IMG/VR virus record: IMGVR_UViG_2778261541_000006
Coordinates: 1-60,273 of that record
Strand: one strand, 5' to 3'
Length of the DNA stretch: 60,273 bases
From: a virus
Taxonomy: Duplodnaviria; Heunggongvirae; Uroviricota; Caudoviricetes
The position numbers were made by a program, and so were the translations under genes. Each line of letters starts with the position of its first letter. The stretch's first letter is position 1. Positions 32,413 to 44,591 of the stretch are shown here, in pieces. The notes beneath the pieces were generated by a model, which searched no databases, was not told the origin of the DNA, and was given only the letters and a program-made list of their open reading frames with translations.

Positions 32413-33897
32413 TCATTCATTAAGCCATGCCAGAGCTTCATCAACCTGCGCTTCGTCTTCGACGCTAAGCACTTCGTCCTGGGGAACATAATCCGCCAGC
32501 ATAGCGAAACAATATGTATCCCAATGGTCTGGTGAGTGCAGATTGAGTTTTTTCTTCATATCCTCCTTACTCATCACCTTCCATTGACCTGCGGAGTTAA
32601 TACCTACAGGTATTTTAGACGCTTCCTCAATGGTTGCATTACCCTTATCCAGTCTCATACGACCAGATTTTACGGCCTCTGCGGCTTGAACGTTGGCATA
32701 AGCACGTTTATCAAAGTACAGGCTCTTATCTTCACGGCTATGCATCTTTTTACCCCAGCGTATACGCTGTACGGTAATACCATAATACTCGTACATCAGA
32801 TCCGCCGTTGCTTTACCCAGCCCATCGCCGTCTATCGCTATGGTGATATTTGGGAATCGCTCAGGATTACATTCTGCGAAAATTTTGGCGGCAAGCTGCG
32901 TTTCTGTAACGTCTGTGTATTCCAGCATTCGATAGTTGATTACACGGCGTTTATTTCGCTGGCCGGACACCATCATGATATTGATAACGGACTTATCCCG
33001 TCCCGTACCACCAGCAACGTCCACACATGCAAGCCAGCCCCATCCTTTGGCAATCTTGACTTTCCGCCGCGTTGCACGTTCAACCTCATCACGTCCAAGA
33101 AGGAAGCCATCCTGTGATTTAGGGAATAGGCCGCGCACCTTAATCATGTACATAGGGTTATCACGCCCGCCGTACTCCGCCAGCTTCATTTTGATAAATG
33201 CTGGCGTTACCAGCGGTGATTCCTCACTGTTAAGCGTGATCGCCGTATAAACGCCATCAGGGTTACCAGGACGCTTGGCCAGTTTATGGTGTGTATCGTA
33301 GAAATAGCCGCTTGGGCGTGTAGGCTGTGACAGTAATAAGATGCGGTTATCCTGTCCGGTAAGAGCACCGGTGATGATACCGAAAGCTCTATCACTGACA
33401 CCGGAGGCTTCATCGATAATATACAGAAGATGATCTGCGTGTTCACCGGCGAGAGCTTCTTCACTTCCCAGACGAAAGCCCTTCGGTACTACAGTCCATA
33501 CACCTTTACCTGTAACCTCATAGAAAGCGGTTTCTGTCAGAACAAAATAATCAGCAAGCCATGGGAAACGGCTGGTGGCAGTAGCCCAGTTTATCTTGAT
33601 GTACTTGAATATACCGGTCATTACCTGCTGAATTTTGTTCGCAACGATAATGGCGCGGGCACCGGGATACATGATTATGAACAACATGATCATGATAGAA
33701 GTCATGTCTGATTTCCCGGTACCGTGACCAGACGAAACAGATGTCTTGCTACCCTGTTCCTGCACAGACTCAATAATCAGATCCTGCTGCCAGGTAGGTG
33801 TTTTGCCGAACAAAACATCAGCGGCAGCAATCCAGTCATAACGATATAGCGCCACCAGCTCGCGCCAACGTGGATCCGTTACGCAACTTCTGGCCAT
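32413..33897 (-). CDS. pacB: terminase large subunit PacB
   Basis: 494-aa ORF overlapping pacA stop by 1 nt; ATPase-like motifs ([19 protein letters not shown]). Confidence 0.9.
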   Translation of the reverse strand: MARSCVTDPRWRELVALYRYDWIAAADVLFGKTPTWQQDLIIESVQEQGSKTSVSSGHGTGKSDMTSIMIMLFIIMYPGARAIIVANKIQQVMTGIFKYIKINWATATSRFPWLADYFVLTETAFYEVTGKGVWTVVPKGFRLGSEEALAGEHADHLLYIIDEASGVSDRAFGIITGALTGQDNRILLLSQPTRPSGYFYDTHHKLAKRPGNPDGVYTAITLNSEESPLVTPAFIKMKLAEYGGRDNPMYMIKVRGLFPKSQDGFLLGRDEVERATRRKVKIAKGWGWLACVDVAGGTGRDKSVINIMMVSGQRNKRRVINYRMLEYTDVTETQLAAKIFAECNPERFPNITIAIDGDGLGKATADLMYEYYGITVQRIRWGKKMHSREDKSLYFDKRAYANVQAAEAVKSGRMRLDKGNATIEEASKIPVGINSAGQWKVMSKEDMKKKLNLHSPDHWDTYCFAMLADYVPQDEVLSVEDEAQVDEALAWLNE

Positions 33898-35090
33898 TAA
33901 TCATCATCCCCGTATAGCTTGCGGGTAACTTCTTCGTCTTCCTCCTCGTCTTCGTCCAGGTCTTGTTCCAGCCATGGGTCGTTTGATACACCTTCAGTAT
34001 CAACATCTCCATAACCGCCTGTATCAACGATATCGGCGATTTCTTCCCTACGCTGCTCAATCCACAATGCGGCATCGGCGCGGCGGTTGGCGGCCCGTTC
34101 TCGCGCAACTTTGTCCAGATCTTCAAGAGAAGGGCCACCGACGGCTGTTTGCCTTTCCTCATCATCGGTATTGGTCTTAGGAGCACGCAGATCGGCTTTG
34201 ATTTGCTCCAGCATCAGGGGCGGCACTTTCCCGCCATGCGCCTCGATGAATTCAGCTGCTTCCAGCACTGACCAGTTATTTTCACGCTTTCGTTCGTATG
34301 CCAGCTTAACAATGCCAGCTTGCCCCATAGACAAAGCGTGCTTTTCCGCCTCCCGGCTTTCTTTTCGATAGTTATTCCGGATGCTGTAAATGGTGTTGAT
34401 CAGACTGCTTATCTGCGCGGAACAGCTGTTTAGCATGCTCGCGATACGGTATTCAGGCGGAGTACCTTCATCATCGTCTTTTTGCTGATCGCGCATTTCC
34501 TGCACCAAGCGAATACACGTATCCCTGGCGTTCTCCAGCATAAGGAGATGAGAAAGAGACTTTTCCAGAAGAGTGGTTTCCAGAACATCGGCCCCGGACC
34601 GACGCAACATAGCGCGCGCGGCCTTCCGCGCTTCAACGTTATCTATCAGGTAATCGCCAGCTTCGAATTCAAAGCGTTCACCATCATCATCCAGGGTGTC
34701 GCGTTCCAGGCGATCACGTAAGGTACGGTGGGCGCGGGTGATCACGTCATGATCATCAGAGCGATCATTTATGCGCTTATTTTGGCGCTTAGCGTTCTCG
34801 ACTGCGGCACTGACAACAGCATTAACTCTTTGTTTTTCAGCCATTTCAGTCGCAATGTGATCACCCGCACGTTGATCATTAGCGTGATCAATGATCATGC
34901 TTTTTAGTGGTTTCCTGACAGGCTTATTTGGCTTACGACTGTCCGCTGTTCCGGTGTCTTCTTTGAATGCACGGAGATAACGACGTGCGGTGTTTGGGTT
35001 GAGATTAAACTCGGCGGCATATTGTGCGATGGTGTAACCACCCTCTCGCGCCAGGCGAGCAAAATTCTTCTTGTGATCGTCCCAGGTCAC
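33897..35090 (-). CDS. pacA: terminase small subunit PacA
   Basis: 397-aa ORF with N-terminal HTH-like region and acidic C-terminus; contains the pac site in its 5' part. Confidence 0.9.
   Translation of the reverse strand: MTWDDHKKNFARLAREGGYTIAQYAAEFNLNPNTARRYLRAFKEDTGTADSRKPNKPVRKPLKSMIIDHANDQRAGDHIATEMAEKQRVNAVVSAAVENAKRQNKRINDRSDDHDVITRAHRTLRDRLERDTLDDDGERFEFEAGDYLIDNVEARKAARAMLRRSGADVLETTLLEKSLSHLLMLENARDTCIRLVQEMRDQQKDDDEGTPPEYRIASMLNSCSAQISSLINTIYSIRNNYRKESREAEKHALSMGQAGIVKLAYERKRENNWSVLEAAEFIEAHGGKVPPLMLEQIKADLRAPKTNTDDEERQTAVGGPSLEDLDKVARERAANRRADAALWIEQRREEIADIVDTGGYGDVDTEGVSNDPWLEQDLDEDEEEDEEVTRKLYGDDD
34741..34905 (-). other. pac: pac packaging site with TGATCA/G hexamer clusters
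   Basis: Two clusters of GATC-containing hexamers (TGATCA, TGATCAT...) about 100 bp apart inside pacA; matches the P1 pac architecture. Confidence 0.7.
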
Positions 35091-35176
35091 TTATGCTTCC
35101 TTTCGTATAAAACTCTTTTTGACGCGAGGGTAACGAAAGTCACATGTCAAAAGGCCCGGAACGGGCAAGCAATCAA

Positions 35177-35629
35177 TCAGATACGTGCGGATGTGGCATT
35201 ACCGTAATGACGGTGCTGACGGACCACCTTATTGAAAAGTTGACGCGCCATCACCCAAGGCTGGTGCTCCCGGCGTTCCTTTTCGTCCTGCGTCATATAG
35301 AGTTCGTTCTGGAGTTTTTCATCAAACCGGCGCGGAGCGCGGCTGCGGCGAAAGAATTCAGGATTCAGAGAGTGGATCTGAAATCTACGTGGGCGTGTAC
35401 TGTCATCAATCAAAACAGACGAATACTTAGACACAGCGATAGCCTTTAAGCGCAGATAAACATCGCGCTTATCGACATCCAGATGCGGGTATTCCTTTTC
35501 AAGAATTGCTGCGAGTTCTTTCGCTGATAGAAGAGATTTAGTGCGGATCATGTAATCCGCAATCTCGTACGATGTTATTCGTGAGTGATTTATTTCCATG
35601 AAGTGGCGTCCCTGCCAGTTAAGTAACAT
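35177..35629 (-). CDS. lpa: Lpa late promoter activator (gp10)
   Basis: 150-aa ORF directly upstream of pacA; size and position match P1 Lpa. Confidence 0.8.
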   Translation of the reverse strand: MLLNWQGRHFMEINHSRITSYEIADYMIRTKSLLSAKELAAILEKEYPHLDVDKRDVYLRLKAIAVSKYSSVLIDDSTRPRRFQIHSLNPEFFRRSRAPRRFDEKLQNELYMTQDEKERREHQPWVMARQLFNKVVRQHRHYGNATSARI

Positions 35630-35704
35630 CCTGTCACCTACTGATTAGCCCATGTCAACTAATCAACGTCGAATATAATACCCTCGATTAAAGAAATAGC
35701 AATA

Positions 35705-35716
35705 CACTAGAGCAAT
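35705..35716. promoter_or_regulatory. degenerate C1 operator-like site upstream of lpa
   Basis: CACTAGAGCAAT partial match to the operator core. Confidence 0.3.
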
Positions 35717-35717
35717 T

Positions 35718-36761
35718 TTATCTAACACTAGACGAATGACTTGTGATAGCGCCGACTCCAAGCGCGTAATCAAAGAACAATCGTTGATGCATCGCCAGCC
35801 TACCGTGCGTCTTCTCCCAATTATCGCGGTCACGCTCAATATCACGCTGGCATGACTGGCACAGAGGAATAGCATAAATGTCATGCGCGCATAATCGACT
35901 ATGACGAACGATATAAGGCGTAATGTGAGCGCCAGCTCCCGCAGCTCCACAGCCACAGCATGGACGGGAAGCCACAAAGTCCATGTACTCGGGCAATTTT
36001 AGCGATTGAAGTTTTGGTATTTTGAAATGCGCCATACCTGGGTCGGAGTCAACATCCACAGGGCATACTTTTGCACGCATCGGCGCGGCGCGTTCTTCCA
36101 TCATCTGAACATATGCTGTAGCGCGATCGTCATACGGGCGAATATCCGCCTCTTTCAGAGGTCCGCTATCCTGCGGAGTAGCCTTCATCTTATTTATTGA
36201 TATGCGGCAGACTTCTTCCGGCATCAGGTGCATCATGTTGCGCATGAAAGCCCACCAGCACAGCTCCTGAATACTTAAATCATGGCTATTTGAAAGGCCC
36301 ATTTCCTGACGGGCGACATCCAGTATCCAGTTAACGCGATTATTGTGCAGCGTTTCTTTCAGCTCATTAAAACCACGCATCCGGTAATGGTTATCGTGAT
36401 GCCAGCACAACAACACCGCGCTATTGTCTCGTTCAGCGTGGACAATATGGTTGTCACACCAACTACGATCTGCGGCCTGGCATTGCCCCTCTTTCCTACG
36501 CAACCACGCCACCAGCGCGTCAATTCCACCAATACGGCGAAACAGTTCATCGCTGTTAAAAAACGGCTGCAACGCCTCATTTGTTGCCATAGTTTGCTCG
36601 GAAACAACGAGGCCGTCGTCCATGTGCTCGATTAACTCACGCGGCACCGGCTCCATAATAAATTTACGGCCAGCCTCCACCAGCTTTCTGACTTCCTGAT
36701 CCACTTTGAATGTGGCGACGCCAAGCTCTTTTTGTACAAAGGGAGTAATTACGGCTTTCAC
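35718..36761 (-). CDS. PdcB-like protein (post-doc position), cysteine-rich C-terminus
   Basis: 347-aa ORF downstream of doc; C-terminal Cys/His cluster (PCCGCG ... HITPY ... PLCQSCQ) suggests an HNH-like zinc-binding fold. Confidence 0.4.
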   Translation of the reverse strand: MKAVITPFVQKELGVATFKVDQEVRKLVEAGRKFIMEPVPRELIEHMDDGLVVSEQTMATNEALQPFFNSDELFRRIGGIDALVAWLRRKEGQCQAADRSWCDNHIVHAERDNSAVLLCWHHDNHYRMRGFNELKETLHNNRVNWILDVARQEMGLSNSHDLSIQELCWWAFMRNMMHLMPEEVCRISINKMKATPQDSGPLKEADIRPYDDRATAYVQMMEERAAPMRAKVCPVDVDSDPGMAHFKIPKLQSLKLPEYMDFVASRPCCGCGAAGAGAHITPYIVRHSRLCAHDIYAIPLCQSCQRDIERDRDNWEKTHGRLAMHQRLFFDYALGVGAITSHSSSVR

Positions 36762-36788
36762 ATCACACCTTTCATCACTGATTGGGCT

Positions 36789-36989
36789 TTATCTGCTGCC
36801 CGGCATTCTCTGTTTAAGCACAACCATTTCCTGACGGCATAACACAGCAATAGCGGTCCTAGCACCAATTTGCTTACCAACCAGGTATTGCTTTACCTCG
36901 CGGCGACTCACGCCATCAAGAAGCATCTTTAACGCTTCACGGGACAATTTGTTGTATTTACGTGCCATTAATCTACTCCGCAGAACCAT
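36789..36989 (-). CDS. small basic protein (pdcA-like position)
   Basis: 66-aa ORF overlapping the doc stop region. Confidence 0.3.
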   Translation of the reverse strand: MVLRSRLMARKYNKLSREALKMLLDGVSRREVKQYLVGKQIGARTAIAVLCRQEMVVLKQRMPGSR

Positions 36990-37353
36990 ATAATCTACGT
37001 AACGTGTCGGCGACAGAAGATACAGATATCTCGCCAGTCGCAGCGCCTACAGTAAGGTCTGCCAGTTCAGGTGAATCAAATACCTGCACCCCGTTACGGC
37101 GTAGAAATAACAGCGCACTGTTTAGCGCGGTACGCTTATTGGCATCATTGAATATATGCCCTCTCGCAGTAGCCACCAGGTAGGTTGCGGAGACTTCGAA
37201 AAGGTCGGTAATCTCTTCGTACACAACTCTGGCCTGGACTCTCCCGATAATGGCCTCTGCCCTGCCCGGATCTGACATTCCCGGCAGGCCGCCGTAGCGG
37301 TTTATATTCGCATCATGAAGCGCAATAAGTTCTTCCGGTGATATATGCCTCAT
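36973..37353 (-). CDS. doc: Doc toxin (Fic-family kinase)
   Basis: 126-aa translation [25 protein letters not shown] ... matches P1 Doc as I recall it. Confidence 0.95.
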   Translation of the reverse strand: MRHISPEELIALHDANINRYGGLPGMSDPGRAEAIIGRVQARVVYEEITDLFEVSATYLVATARGHIFNDANKRTALNSALLFLRRNGVQVFDSPELADLTVGAATGEISVSSVADTLRRLYGSAE

Positions 37354-37574
37354 TATCGGTTAACCAGTTCCTTGTTGGTGGAGTCCAGGGTGTCGAACAG
37401 GGATGCAAATTCAGCATCCAGCGCCGCTTTTTTGTAGGCTTCGAAAGTAGCCTTACTGACAATTACTGCTGGCTCACGGCCTCTGCGGGTGATTTCAACC
37501 TCTTCCCCGGCTTCAACATTGTTGAGCACTTCAGAAAGGTTGCCGCGCGCGGTACGGAAGTTAATAGATTGCAT
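37353..37574 (-). CDS. phd: Phd antitoxin
   Basis: 73-aa product [40 protein letters not shown] ... matches P1 Phd; stop overlaps doc start by 1 nt. Confidence 0.95.
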   Translation of the reverse strand: MQSINFRTARGNLSEVLNNVEAGEEVEITRRGREPAVIVSKATFEAYKKAALDAEFASLFDTLDSTNKELVNR

Positions 37575-37740
37575 AAACACCTCGTGTACTCGTTATGTGT
37601 ACACAATTATAAACTTCACAGGCATAAAGCACCAGCACTTTGCGGCTTAACAAACCTCTAGGCAGGTCATTCGTAGGAACTGCTAAAGCATCCAAGTTGC
37701 TGTAGAATCACCGCCAATTACATAAGCCTGAAAGAAGTGG

Positions 37741-39303
37741 ATGAAAATGACAAGTATTCAACAACGTGCAGAGCTTCATCGTCAAATCTGGCAAATTGCT
37801 AACGATGTCAGGGGTTCGGTCGATGGATGGGATTTTAAGCAATACGTTCTGGGCGCACTTTTCTACCGTTTTATCAGCGAAAATTTTTCCAGTTATATTG
37901 AAGCCGGTGATGACAGTATCTGTTATGCGAAACTGAATGACAGCGTAATTACTGATGACATTAAAGACGATGCCATCAAAACCAAAGGTTACTTCATCTA
38001 CCCCAGTCAGCTTTTCTGCAACGTAGCTGCGAAAGCAAATACCAATGACAGACTGAATGCGGATTTAAACAGCATCTTCGTTGCTATCGAAAGTTCTGCT
38101 TACGGTTACCCTTCAGAAGCTGACATCAAAGGTTTGTTTGCTGATTTCGATACTACCAGTAACCGCCTGGGTAACACCGTTAAAGATAAAAATGCCCGCC
38201 TGGCTGCGGTTCTGAAAGGAGTTGAAGGGCTAAAACTTGGTGACTTCCACGAACATCAGATTGACCTGTTCGGTGACGCCTATGAGTTCCTGATTTCTAA
38301 CTATGCGGCAAATGCCGGTAAGTCAGGCGGTGAGTTCTTTACACCGCAGCACGTCTCCAAGCTGATTGCACAACTGGCTATGCACGGGCAGACCAACGTT
38401 AACAAAATCTACGACCCGGCAGCAGGTTCCGGCTCACTGTTGTTGCAGGCTAAAAAGCAGTTTGATAACCATATCATTGAAGAAGGCTTTTTCGGACAGG
38501 AAATCAACCATACGACCTATAACCTGGCACGTATGAACATGTTTTTGCACAACATCAACTACGACAAGTTTGATATCAAGCTGGGCAATACGCTGACTGA
38601 GCCGCACTTCAGAGATGAAAAACCGTTTGATGCCATCGTTTCTAACCCGCCGTATTCGGTGAAATGGATTGGCAGCGATGACCCGACGCTGATTAACGAT
38701 GAACGTTTTGCCCCGGCTGGCGTCCTGGCCCCCAAATCCAAAGCTGACTTCGCCTTTGTACTACATGCGCTGAACTATCTTTCGGCCAAAGGTCGCGCTG
38801 CGATTGTTTGCTTCCCGGGTATTTTTTACCGTGGCGGCGCAGAGCAGAAAATCCGTCAGTATCTGGTCGACAATAACTATGTCGAAACCGTGATTTCACT
38901 GGCACCGAACCTGTTCTTTGGCACCACCATTGCCGTAAACATTCTGGTTCTGTCTAAACATAAAACGGATACCAACGTTCAGTTTATTGACGCCAGCGAA
39001 CTGTTCAAAAAAGAGACTAACAACAATATCCTGACCGATGCCCATATCGAACAGATTATGCAGGTATTTTCCAGCAAGGAAGATGTTGCTCATCTGGCAA
39101 AATCTGTCACGTTTGAGGCCGTTGTCGCTAATGACTATAACCTGTCGGTAAGCAGCTATGTGGAAGCGAAAGATAACCGCGAAATTATCGATATCGGTGA
39201 GCTGAATGCTGAGCTGAAAACCACGGTCAGCAAAATCGACCAGTTGCGTAAAGATATTGATGCAATTGTGGCTGAAATTGAAGGCTGCGAGGTGCAGAAA
39301 TGA
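37741..39303 (+). CDS. hsdM: type I restriction-modification methyltransferase subunit HsdM
   Basis: 520-aa ORF with N6-adenine MTase motifs (NPPYS at [10 protein letters not shown]; AdoMet-binding [10 protein letters not shown]). Confidence 0.9.
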   Translation: MKMTSIQQRAELHRQIWQIANDVRGSVDGWDFKQYVLGALFYRFISENFSSYIEAGDDSICYAKLNDSVITDDIKDDAIKTKGYFIYPSQLFCNVAAKANTNDRLNADLNSIFVAIESSAYGYPSEADIKGLFADFDTTSNRLGNTVKDKNARLAAVLKGVEGLKLGDFHEHQIDLFGDAYEFLISNYAANAGKSGGEFFTPQHVSKLIAQLAMHGQTNVNKIYDPAAGSGSLLLQAKKQFDNHIIEEGFFGQEINHTTYNLARMNMFLHNINYDKFDIKLGNTLTEPHFRDEKPFDAIVSNPPYSVKWIGSDDPTLINDERFAPAGVLAPKSKADFAFVLHALNYLSAKGRAAIVCFPGIFYRGGAEQKIRQYLVDNNYVETVISLAPNLFFGTTIAVNILVLSKHKTDTNVQFIDASELFKKETNNNILTDAHIEQIMQVFSSKEDVAHLAKSVTFEAVVANDYNLSVSSYVEAKDNREIIDIGELNAELKTTVSKIDQLRKDIDAIVAEIEGCEVQK

Positions 39304-40508
39304 GCGAGCTGAGCTATCTGGAAAAACTGTTGGATGGGGTTGAGGTTGAGTGGGCAACATTGGGTTCTATGGCAGATATCGGTACTGGAAGCTCAAATCG
39401 TCAGGATGAAAGCGAAAATGGAATTTATCCATTCTATGTTCGCTCAAAGAATATCTTGAAGTCAGATACCTTTGAATTTGATGAGGTAGCAATAGTCATT
39501 CCTGGTGAAGGTGGAATTGGCGACATATTTCACTATGTTGAGGGGAAATATGCTCTACATCAAAGGGCGTATAGAATTCGTATCACAACTAATGCCGTAG
39601 ACACGAAGTTTTTGTATTACTTCATGTCATCTAGCTTTAAGCAGTACATCTTGACAAAAAGTGTGGGTGCTACCGCCATTTCGATAAGAAAACCCATGCT
39701 GGAAGGATTTAAAGTTCCCATTCCTAGCCCGGACAACCCGGAAAAGTCCCTAGCCATCCAGTCTGAAATCGTTCGGATTCTGGATAAGTTTACTGCACTT
39801 ACCGCTGAGCTAACCGCTGAGCTAACCGCTGAGCTTAACATGCGTAAAAAACAGTACAACTTCTATCGTGACCAGTTGTTGAGTTTTAAAGAGGGGGAGG
39901 TTGAGTGGAAAAGTCTGGAAGATATTGCTTTATTTAGACGGGGTTCATTTCCACAGCCATATGGAAATAGTGAATGGTATGATGGAGAAGGTTGCATGCC
40001 TTTTGTTCAGGTAGCTGATGTGGCTGATTCAGGATTTACATTACACACAAAAACCAAACAACAGATTTCTAAGATTGCACAAAGCAAGAGCGTTTTTGTT
40101 GAGGCTGGAACAATTGTTGTGACACTGCAAGGTACTATTGGTCGAGTAGCAATAACACAGTACGATTGTTATGTGGATAGAACTCTTGCAATATTTACTA
40201 ACTTTAAAGTAAAAATAAACAAAAAATACTTTGCTTATCAACTAAAAGCTAAATTCGATTCAGAGAAAGAATTTGCAAGAGGAAGTACTTTGAAGACAAT
40301 TACAAAAGAAGAGTTTTCTAAGTTCCAATTACCTCTTCCCTCAATAAACGAACAAAATCGTATAGTATCACTATTGGATAAGTTCGATACACTGGCTCAT
40401 TCAATAAAACAAGGTCTCCCGCGTGAAATCGAGTTGCGCCAGAAACAATACGAGTACTATCGTGATTTACTGTTCAGTTTCCCGAAACCTGAAACTGTCA
40501 GTAATTAA
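39300..40508 (+). CDS. hsdS: type I R-M specificity subunit HsdS, type IC (EcoR124-like)
   Basis: 402-aa ORF overlapping hsdM stop by 4 nt; two target-recognition domains separated by a central [12 protein letters not shown] repeat region. Confidence 0.85.
   Translation: MSELSYLEKLLDGVEVEWATLGSMADIGTGSSNRQDESENGIYPFYVRSKNILKSDTFEFDEVAIVIPGEGGIGDIFHYVEGKYALHQRAYRIRITTNAVDTKFLYYFMSSSFKQYILTKSVGATAISIRKPMLEGFKVPIPSPDNPEKSLAIQSEIVRILDKFTALTAELTAELTAELNMRKKQYNFYRDQLLSFKEGEVEWKSLEDIALFRRGSFPQPYGNSEWYDGEGCMPFVQVADVADSGFTLHTKTKQQISKIAQSKSVFVEAGTIVVTLQGTIGRVAITQYDCYVDRTLAIFTNFKVKINKKYFAYQLKAKFDSEKEFARGSTLKTITKEEFSKFQLPLPSINEQNRIVSLLDKFDTLAHSIKQGLPREIELRQKQYEYYRDLLFSFPKPETVSN
39800..39835 (+). repeat. 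3 x 12-bp tandem repeat (ACCGCTGAGCTA) encoding TAEL x3 in the hsdS central conserved region
   Basis: Three direct copies, the third with one substitution; in-frame within hsdS. Confidence 0.8.
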
Positions 40509-40629
40509 TTGACCGTTGCTACCGACCGGGCCACCTTAACATCCGGTCTGTATATAGACTATTTTTTACGTGCCGGAAGTCACTCTTAACGCCCTTCCGA
40601 CCCTTGCCAGACGGCACAAAGGATGCGCT

Positions 40630-43600
40630 ATGACTCATCAAACACACACCATTGCTGAATCCAATAACTTTATCGTTCTTGATAAGTACATCAAAGCTGA
40701 GCAAACAGGCAACAGCTATCAGAGCGAATCGGACCTGGAACAGGAACTGATTCAGGACCTGCGAAATCAGGGCTATGAATTTATATCCGTAAAATCTCAG
40801 TCGGCGATGCTGGCCAATGTTCGACAACAGCTTCAGAGCCTCAATGGTGTGGTGTTTAATGACAGCGAGTGGCGGCGTTTCACGGAGCAGTATCTGGACA
40901 ACCCGAGCGATGGAATTCTGGATAAGACCCGTAAAATCCATATCGACTATATTTGCGACTTTATTTTTGATGACGAGCGACTTGAGAACATCTATTTGAT
41001 AGATAAAAAGAATCTCATGCGCAATAAGGTGCAGATTATCCAGCAGTTTGAACAGACGGGTTCTCATGCTAACCGTTATGACGTCACGATCCTGGTTAAT
41101 GGTTTACCGCTGGTGCAAATCGAACTAAAAAAACGCGGGGTGGCGATTCGTGAGGCTTTCAACCAGATACATCGTTACAGTAAAGAGAGTTTTAACAGCG
41201 AAAATTCCCTGTTTAAGTATCTGCAACTGTTTGTCATTTCTAACGGCACCGATACCCGTTATTTTGCCAACACGACAAAGCGCGATAAAAACAGTTTTGA
41301 CTTCACCATGAACTGGGCTAAAGCAGACAATACACTGATTAAAGACCTCAAAGACTTTACCGCTACCTTTTTCCAGAAACATACTCTGCTTAATGTTCTG
41401 GTGAACTACAGCGTTTTTGACAGCAGTCAGACACTACTGGTAATGCGACCGTACCAGATTGCCGCCACCGAGCGCATTCTGTGGAAAATTAAGAGTTCCT
41501 TTACAGCGAAGAACTGGTCAAAACCGGAAAGCGGTGGGTATATCTGGCACACTACCGGTTCTGGTAAAACCCTCACCAGCTTTAAAGCCGCGCGTCTGGC
41601 AACAGAGCTGGACTTTATTGATAAAGTCTTCTTCGTGGTCGACAGGAAAGACCTCGATTACCAGACCATGAAGGAATATCAGCGTTTTTCGCCAGACAGC
41701 GTCAACGGCTCGGAAAATACCGCAGGACTTAAACGAAATCTGGACAAGGACGATAACAAAATTATCGTCACTACTATTCAGAAACTCAATAACCTGATGA
41801 AAGCAGAAAGCGACCTGCCTGTATATAATCAGCAAGTGGTGTTTATATTTGATGAATGCCACCGCAGCCAGTTTGGAGAAGCGCAGAAAAACCTGAAGAA
41901 GAAATTCAAACGCTATTATCAGTTTGGTTTTACCGGCACACCTATTTTCCCGGAAAACGCCTTAGGCTCAGAAACGACCGCCAGCGTATTTGGTCGTGAA
42001 TTGCATTCGTATGTAATTACCGATGCGATTCGTGATGAAAAAGTGCTCAAATTCAAGGTGGACTACAACGATGTGCGGCCACAGTTTAAGTCTTTAGAGA
42101 CAGAAACTGACGAGAAAAAACTAAGTGCGGCTGAAAATCAGCAGGCGTTTCTTCATCCCATGCGTATACAGGAAATTACGCAATATATTCTGAATAACTT
42201 CCGCCAGAAGACGCACCGTACTTTCCCTAGCGCAAAAGGTTTTAATGCTATGTTGGCAGTGAGCAGCGTGGATGCTGCAAAAGCCTATTACGCGGCGTTT
42301 AAACGGTTACAAGAGGAAGCCGCTAATAAATCTGCAACTTATAAACCGCTGCGTGTTGCGACAATCTTCTCCTTTGCCGCTAATGAAGAACAAAATGCCA
42401 TTGGTGAAATTTCCGATGAAACTTTTGATACCAGCGCAATGGACAGCAGTGCTAAAGAGTTTCTTGACGCTGCAATTCGTGAGTATAACAGCTATTTTAA
42501 AACTAACTTCAGCACCGACAGTAACGGTTTTCAGAACTACTATCGCGATTTAGCCCAACGGGTTAAAAATCAGGATATCGATCTGTTAATTGTCGTGGGG
42601 ATGTTTTTAACTGGCTTCGATGCTCCAACATTGAACACGCTATTCGTCGATAAAAACCTGCGTTTTCACGGCTTGATGCAGGCATTTTCCCGCACCAACC
42701 GTATTTATGATGGAACTAAAACCTTCGGTAATATCGTCACTTTCCGGGATCTGGAACGCTCAACTATTGATGCCATAACGCTGTTTGGTGACAAAAACAC
42801 CAAAAATGTGGTTTTAGAAAAGAGTTATGCAGAGTATATGGAAGGCTTTACTGATGCTGCCACTGGTGAAGCTAAGCGCGGCTTTATGGCAGTAGTTTCA
42901 GAACTGGAACAACGGTTCCCTGACCCTGCCAGTATTGAAAGTGAAAAAGAGAAGAAAGACTTCGTTAAACTGTTTGGTGAATACCTGCGTGCCGAGAACA
43001 TCCTGCAAAACTATGATGAATTTGCCACGCTGAAAGCCCTGCAACAAATCGATCTTAGCGATCCTGTTGCGGTAGAAAAATTCAAAGAAGAACATTATGT
43101 GGATGATGAAAAGTTCGCTGAATTGCAAACGATTCGTCTCCCTGCTGAACGCAAGATTCAGGATTATCGTTCTGCCTATAACGATATTCGTGACTGGCAG
43201 CGCCGCGAGAAAGAAGCTGATAAAAAAGAAAAATCAACCACTGACTGGGATGACGTGGTTTTTGAGGTCGATTTGCTGAAGTCTCAGGAAATAAACCTGG
43301 ATTATATCCTTGGACTGATTTTCGAACACAACAGACAAAATAAAGGCAAGGGCGAAATGATCGAAGAGGTCAAACGCTTAATTCGTTCAAGCCTGGGGAA
43401 CCGGGCGAAAGAGGGCCTGGTGGTCGATTTTATTCAGCAAACGAACCTGGATGATTTACCAGACAAAGCCAGTATCATTGAGGCATTCTTTACGTTTGCT
43501 CAACGCGAACAGCAACGTGAAGCAGAAGCATTGATAAAAGAAGAAAATCTCAATGAAGATGCAGCAAAACGCTATATTCGCACGTCTTTAAAACGCGAAT

Positions 43601-43746
43601 ACGCCACCGAAAATGGCACAGAATTAAACGAAACATTACCAAAACTTAGTCCGTTGAATCCGCAATATAAAACGAAAAAACAGGCAGTTTTCCAGAAAAT
43701 CGTCTCGTTTATTGAGAAGTTTAAAGGCGTAGGCGGAAAAATATAG
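40630..43746 (+). CDS. hsdR: type I R-M restriction subunit HsdR (EcoR124-family)
   Basis: Start at internal Met ([14 protein letters not shown]) with AAAGGA RBS; helicase motifs (TGSGKT, DECHRSQ) and PD-(D/E)xK region; N-terminus matches my recollection of EcoR124I HsdR. Confidence 0.9.
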   Translation: MTHQTHTIAESNNFIVLDKYIKAEQTGNSYQSESDLEQELIQDLRNQGYEFISVKSQSAMLANVRQQLQSLNGVVFNDSEWRRFTEQYLDNPSDGILDKTRKIHIDYICDFIFDDERLENIYLIDKKNLMRNKVQIIQQFEQTGSHANRYDVTILVNGLPLVQIELKKRGVAIREAFNQIHRYSKESFNSENSLFKYLQLFVISNGTDTRYFANTTKRDKNSFDFTMNWAKADNTLIKDLKDFTATFFQKHTLLNVLVNYSVFDSSQTLLVMRPYQIAATERILWKIKSSFTAKNWSKPESGGYIWHTTGSGKTLTSFKAARLATELDFIDKVFFVVDRKDLDYQTMKEYQRFSPDSVNGSENTAGLKRNLDKDDNKIIVTTIQKLNNLMKAESDLPVYNQQVVFIFDECHRSQFGEAQKNLKKKFKRYYQFGFTGTPIFPENALGSETTASVFGRELHSYVITDAIRDEKVLKFKVDYNDVRPQFKSLETETDEKKLSAAENQQAFLHPMRIQEITQYILNNFRQKTHRTFPSAKGFNAMLAVSSVDAAKAYYAAFKRLQEEAANKSATYKPLRVATIFSFAANEEQNAIGEISDETFDTSAMDSSAKEFLDAAIREYNSYFKTNFSTDSNGFQNYYRDLAQRVKNQDIDLLIVVGMFLTGFDAPTLNTLFVDKNLRFHGLMQAFSRTNRIYDGTKTFGNIVTFRDLERSTIDAITLFGDKNTKNVVLEKSYAEYMEGFTDAATGEAKRGFMAVVSELEQRFPDPASIESEKEKKDFVKLFGEYLRAENILQNYDEFATLKALQQIDLSDPVAVEKFKEEHYVDDEKFAELQTIRLPAERKIQDYRSAYNDIRDWQRREKEADKKEKSTTDWDDVVFEVDLLKSQEINLDYILGLIFEHNRQNKGKGEMIEEVKRLIRSSLGNRAKEGLVVDFIQQTNLDDLPDKASIIEAFFTFAQREQQREAEALIKEENLNEDAAKRYIRTSLKREYATENGTELNETLPKLSPLNPQYKTKKQAVFQKIVSFIEKFKGVGGKI

Positions 43747-43765
43747 CCCAATTCGTGTTTTTCTT

Positions 43766-43794
43766 GCGGGTTCTTAATTAAACCCGCAAGAGCT
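43766..43794. terminator. hairpin terminator after hsdR
   Basis: Inverted repeat CTTGCGGGTT-CTTAATTAA-ACCCGCAAG just after the hsdR stop. Confidence 0.4.
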
Positions 43795-43998
43795 CGTGGG
43801 GTTCCAAATGGCTAATATACTCCCCTTACCCATGCGCGACGATGCCGCCAAAAGTGATAGAGAACAGCCAGAAATAGATCGCGGTCATAATGATTTTGAA
43901 TGCCGTGTTCATATCTTCAGCTCCTGTGATTGATTGGATATATGCCGCGCCCCTTGCGGCATGTTTTTATTTTCACACACTCTGTTTTAAAAATCAAG

Positions 43999-44013
43999 AT
44001 TTATTAGAGCAAT
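43999..44013. promoter_or_regulatory. C1 operator
   Basis: ATTTATTAGAGCAAT, reverse-orientation operator motif. Confidence 0.5.
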
Positions 44014-44519
44014 TATTGTTGATGAAGAAGCGCATTTTCATACTCCCTGACCATTAACGTAAGTACGCCGTGACTCCTGAAAACACGCGCCACTTCAATC
44101 TTATCTTCCAGCGCGAACGCAATTTTACTTATACCAATTTTCTTCAGGAGATCAATCTTTGCTGGACCGTCATTTCTGTCATCGGTGGCAGGACGCATAG
44201 ATAGCAAAGGCTCAGCCCCATTTGTTACGTGCTTACGCAACCAGGCTCGTGTTTTATCCCTGGCTATCTCACAGCGCCCGGTTACAAACCAGAGGGTGTA
44301 AATGCCGGACAACTGGCGCACCATATCAATAACTGGAGTGATGGGAGCATCAGTGTCACAGGCAAGGTTAAACTCGTTCCAGTGCTCTGTTAATGCACCT
44401 TTGCCAGGTGGTGGAAGTAAATGCAGCCTGTCTTCCGTTGCCTCTGATATCGTCCCATCAATATCAACTATGACGATGTACGGACGTTCCTGGTGTGCGT
44501 GTTTATTGAAAATACTCAA
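44013..44519 (-). CDS. HAD-superfamily hydrolase-like protein
   Basis: 168-aa ORF with N-terminal DxDGT motif (IVDIDGTI) typical of HAD phosphatases and polynucleotide 3'-phosphatases. Confidence 0.45.
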   Translation of the reverse strand: MSIFNKHAHQERPYIVIVDIDGTISEATEDRLHLLPPPGKGALTEHWNEFNLACDTDAPITPVIDMVRQLSGIYTLWFVTGRCEIARDKTRAWLRKHVTNGAEPLLSMRPATDDRNDGPAKIDLLKKIGISKIAFALEDKIEVARVFRSHGVLTLMVREYENALLHQQ

Positions 44520-44591
44520 ATGCCCTCCTCATTGGACGAAAAAAATGCTGGTGGGAGCACTCCACCAGCATTAAAAGTGACACTGTAACTA

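Noticed and set aside
39800-39835. Tandem 12-bp repeat considered as a possible CRISPR or minisatellite array
   Set aside because: Only three units, no spacers, and it is in-frame within hsdS encoding TAEL x3; it is a coding specificity repeat, not a CRISPR array. No CRISPR array was seen anywhere in the window.
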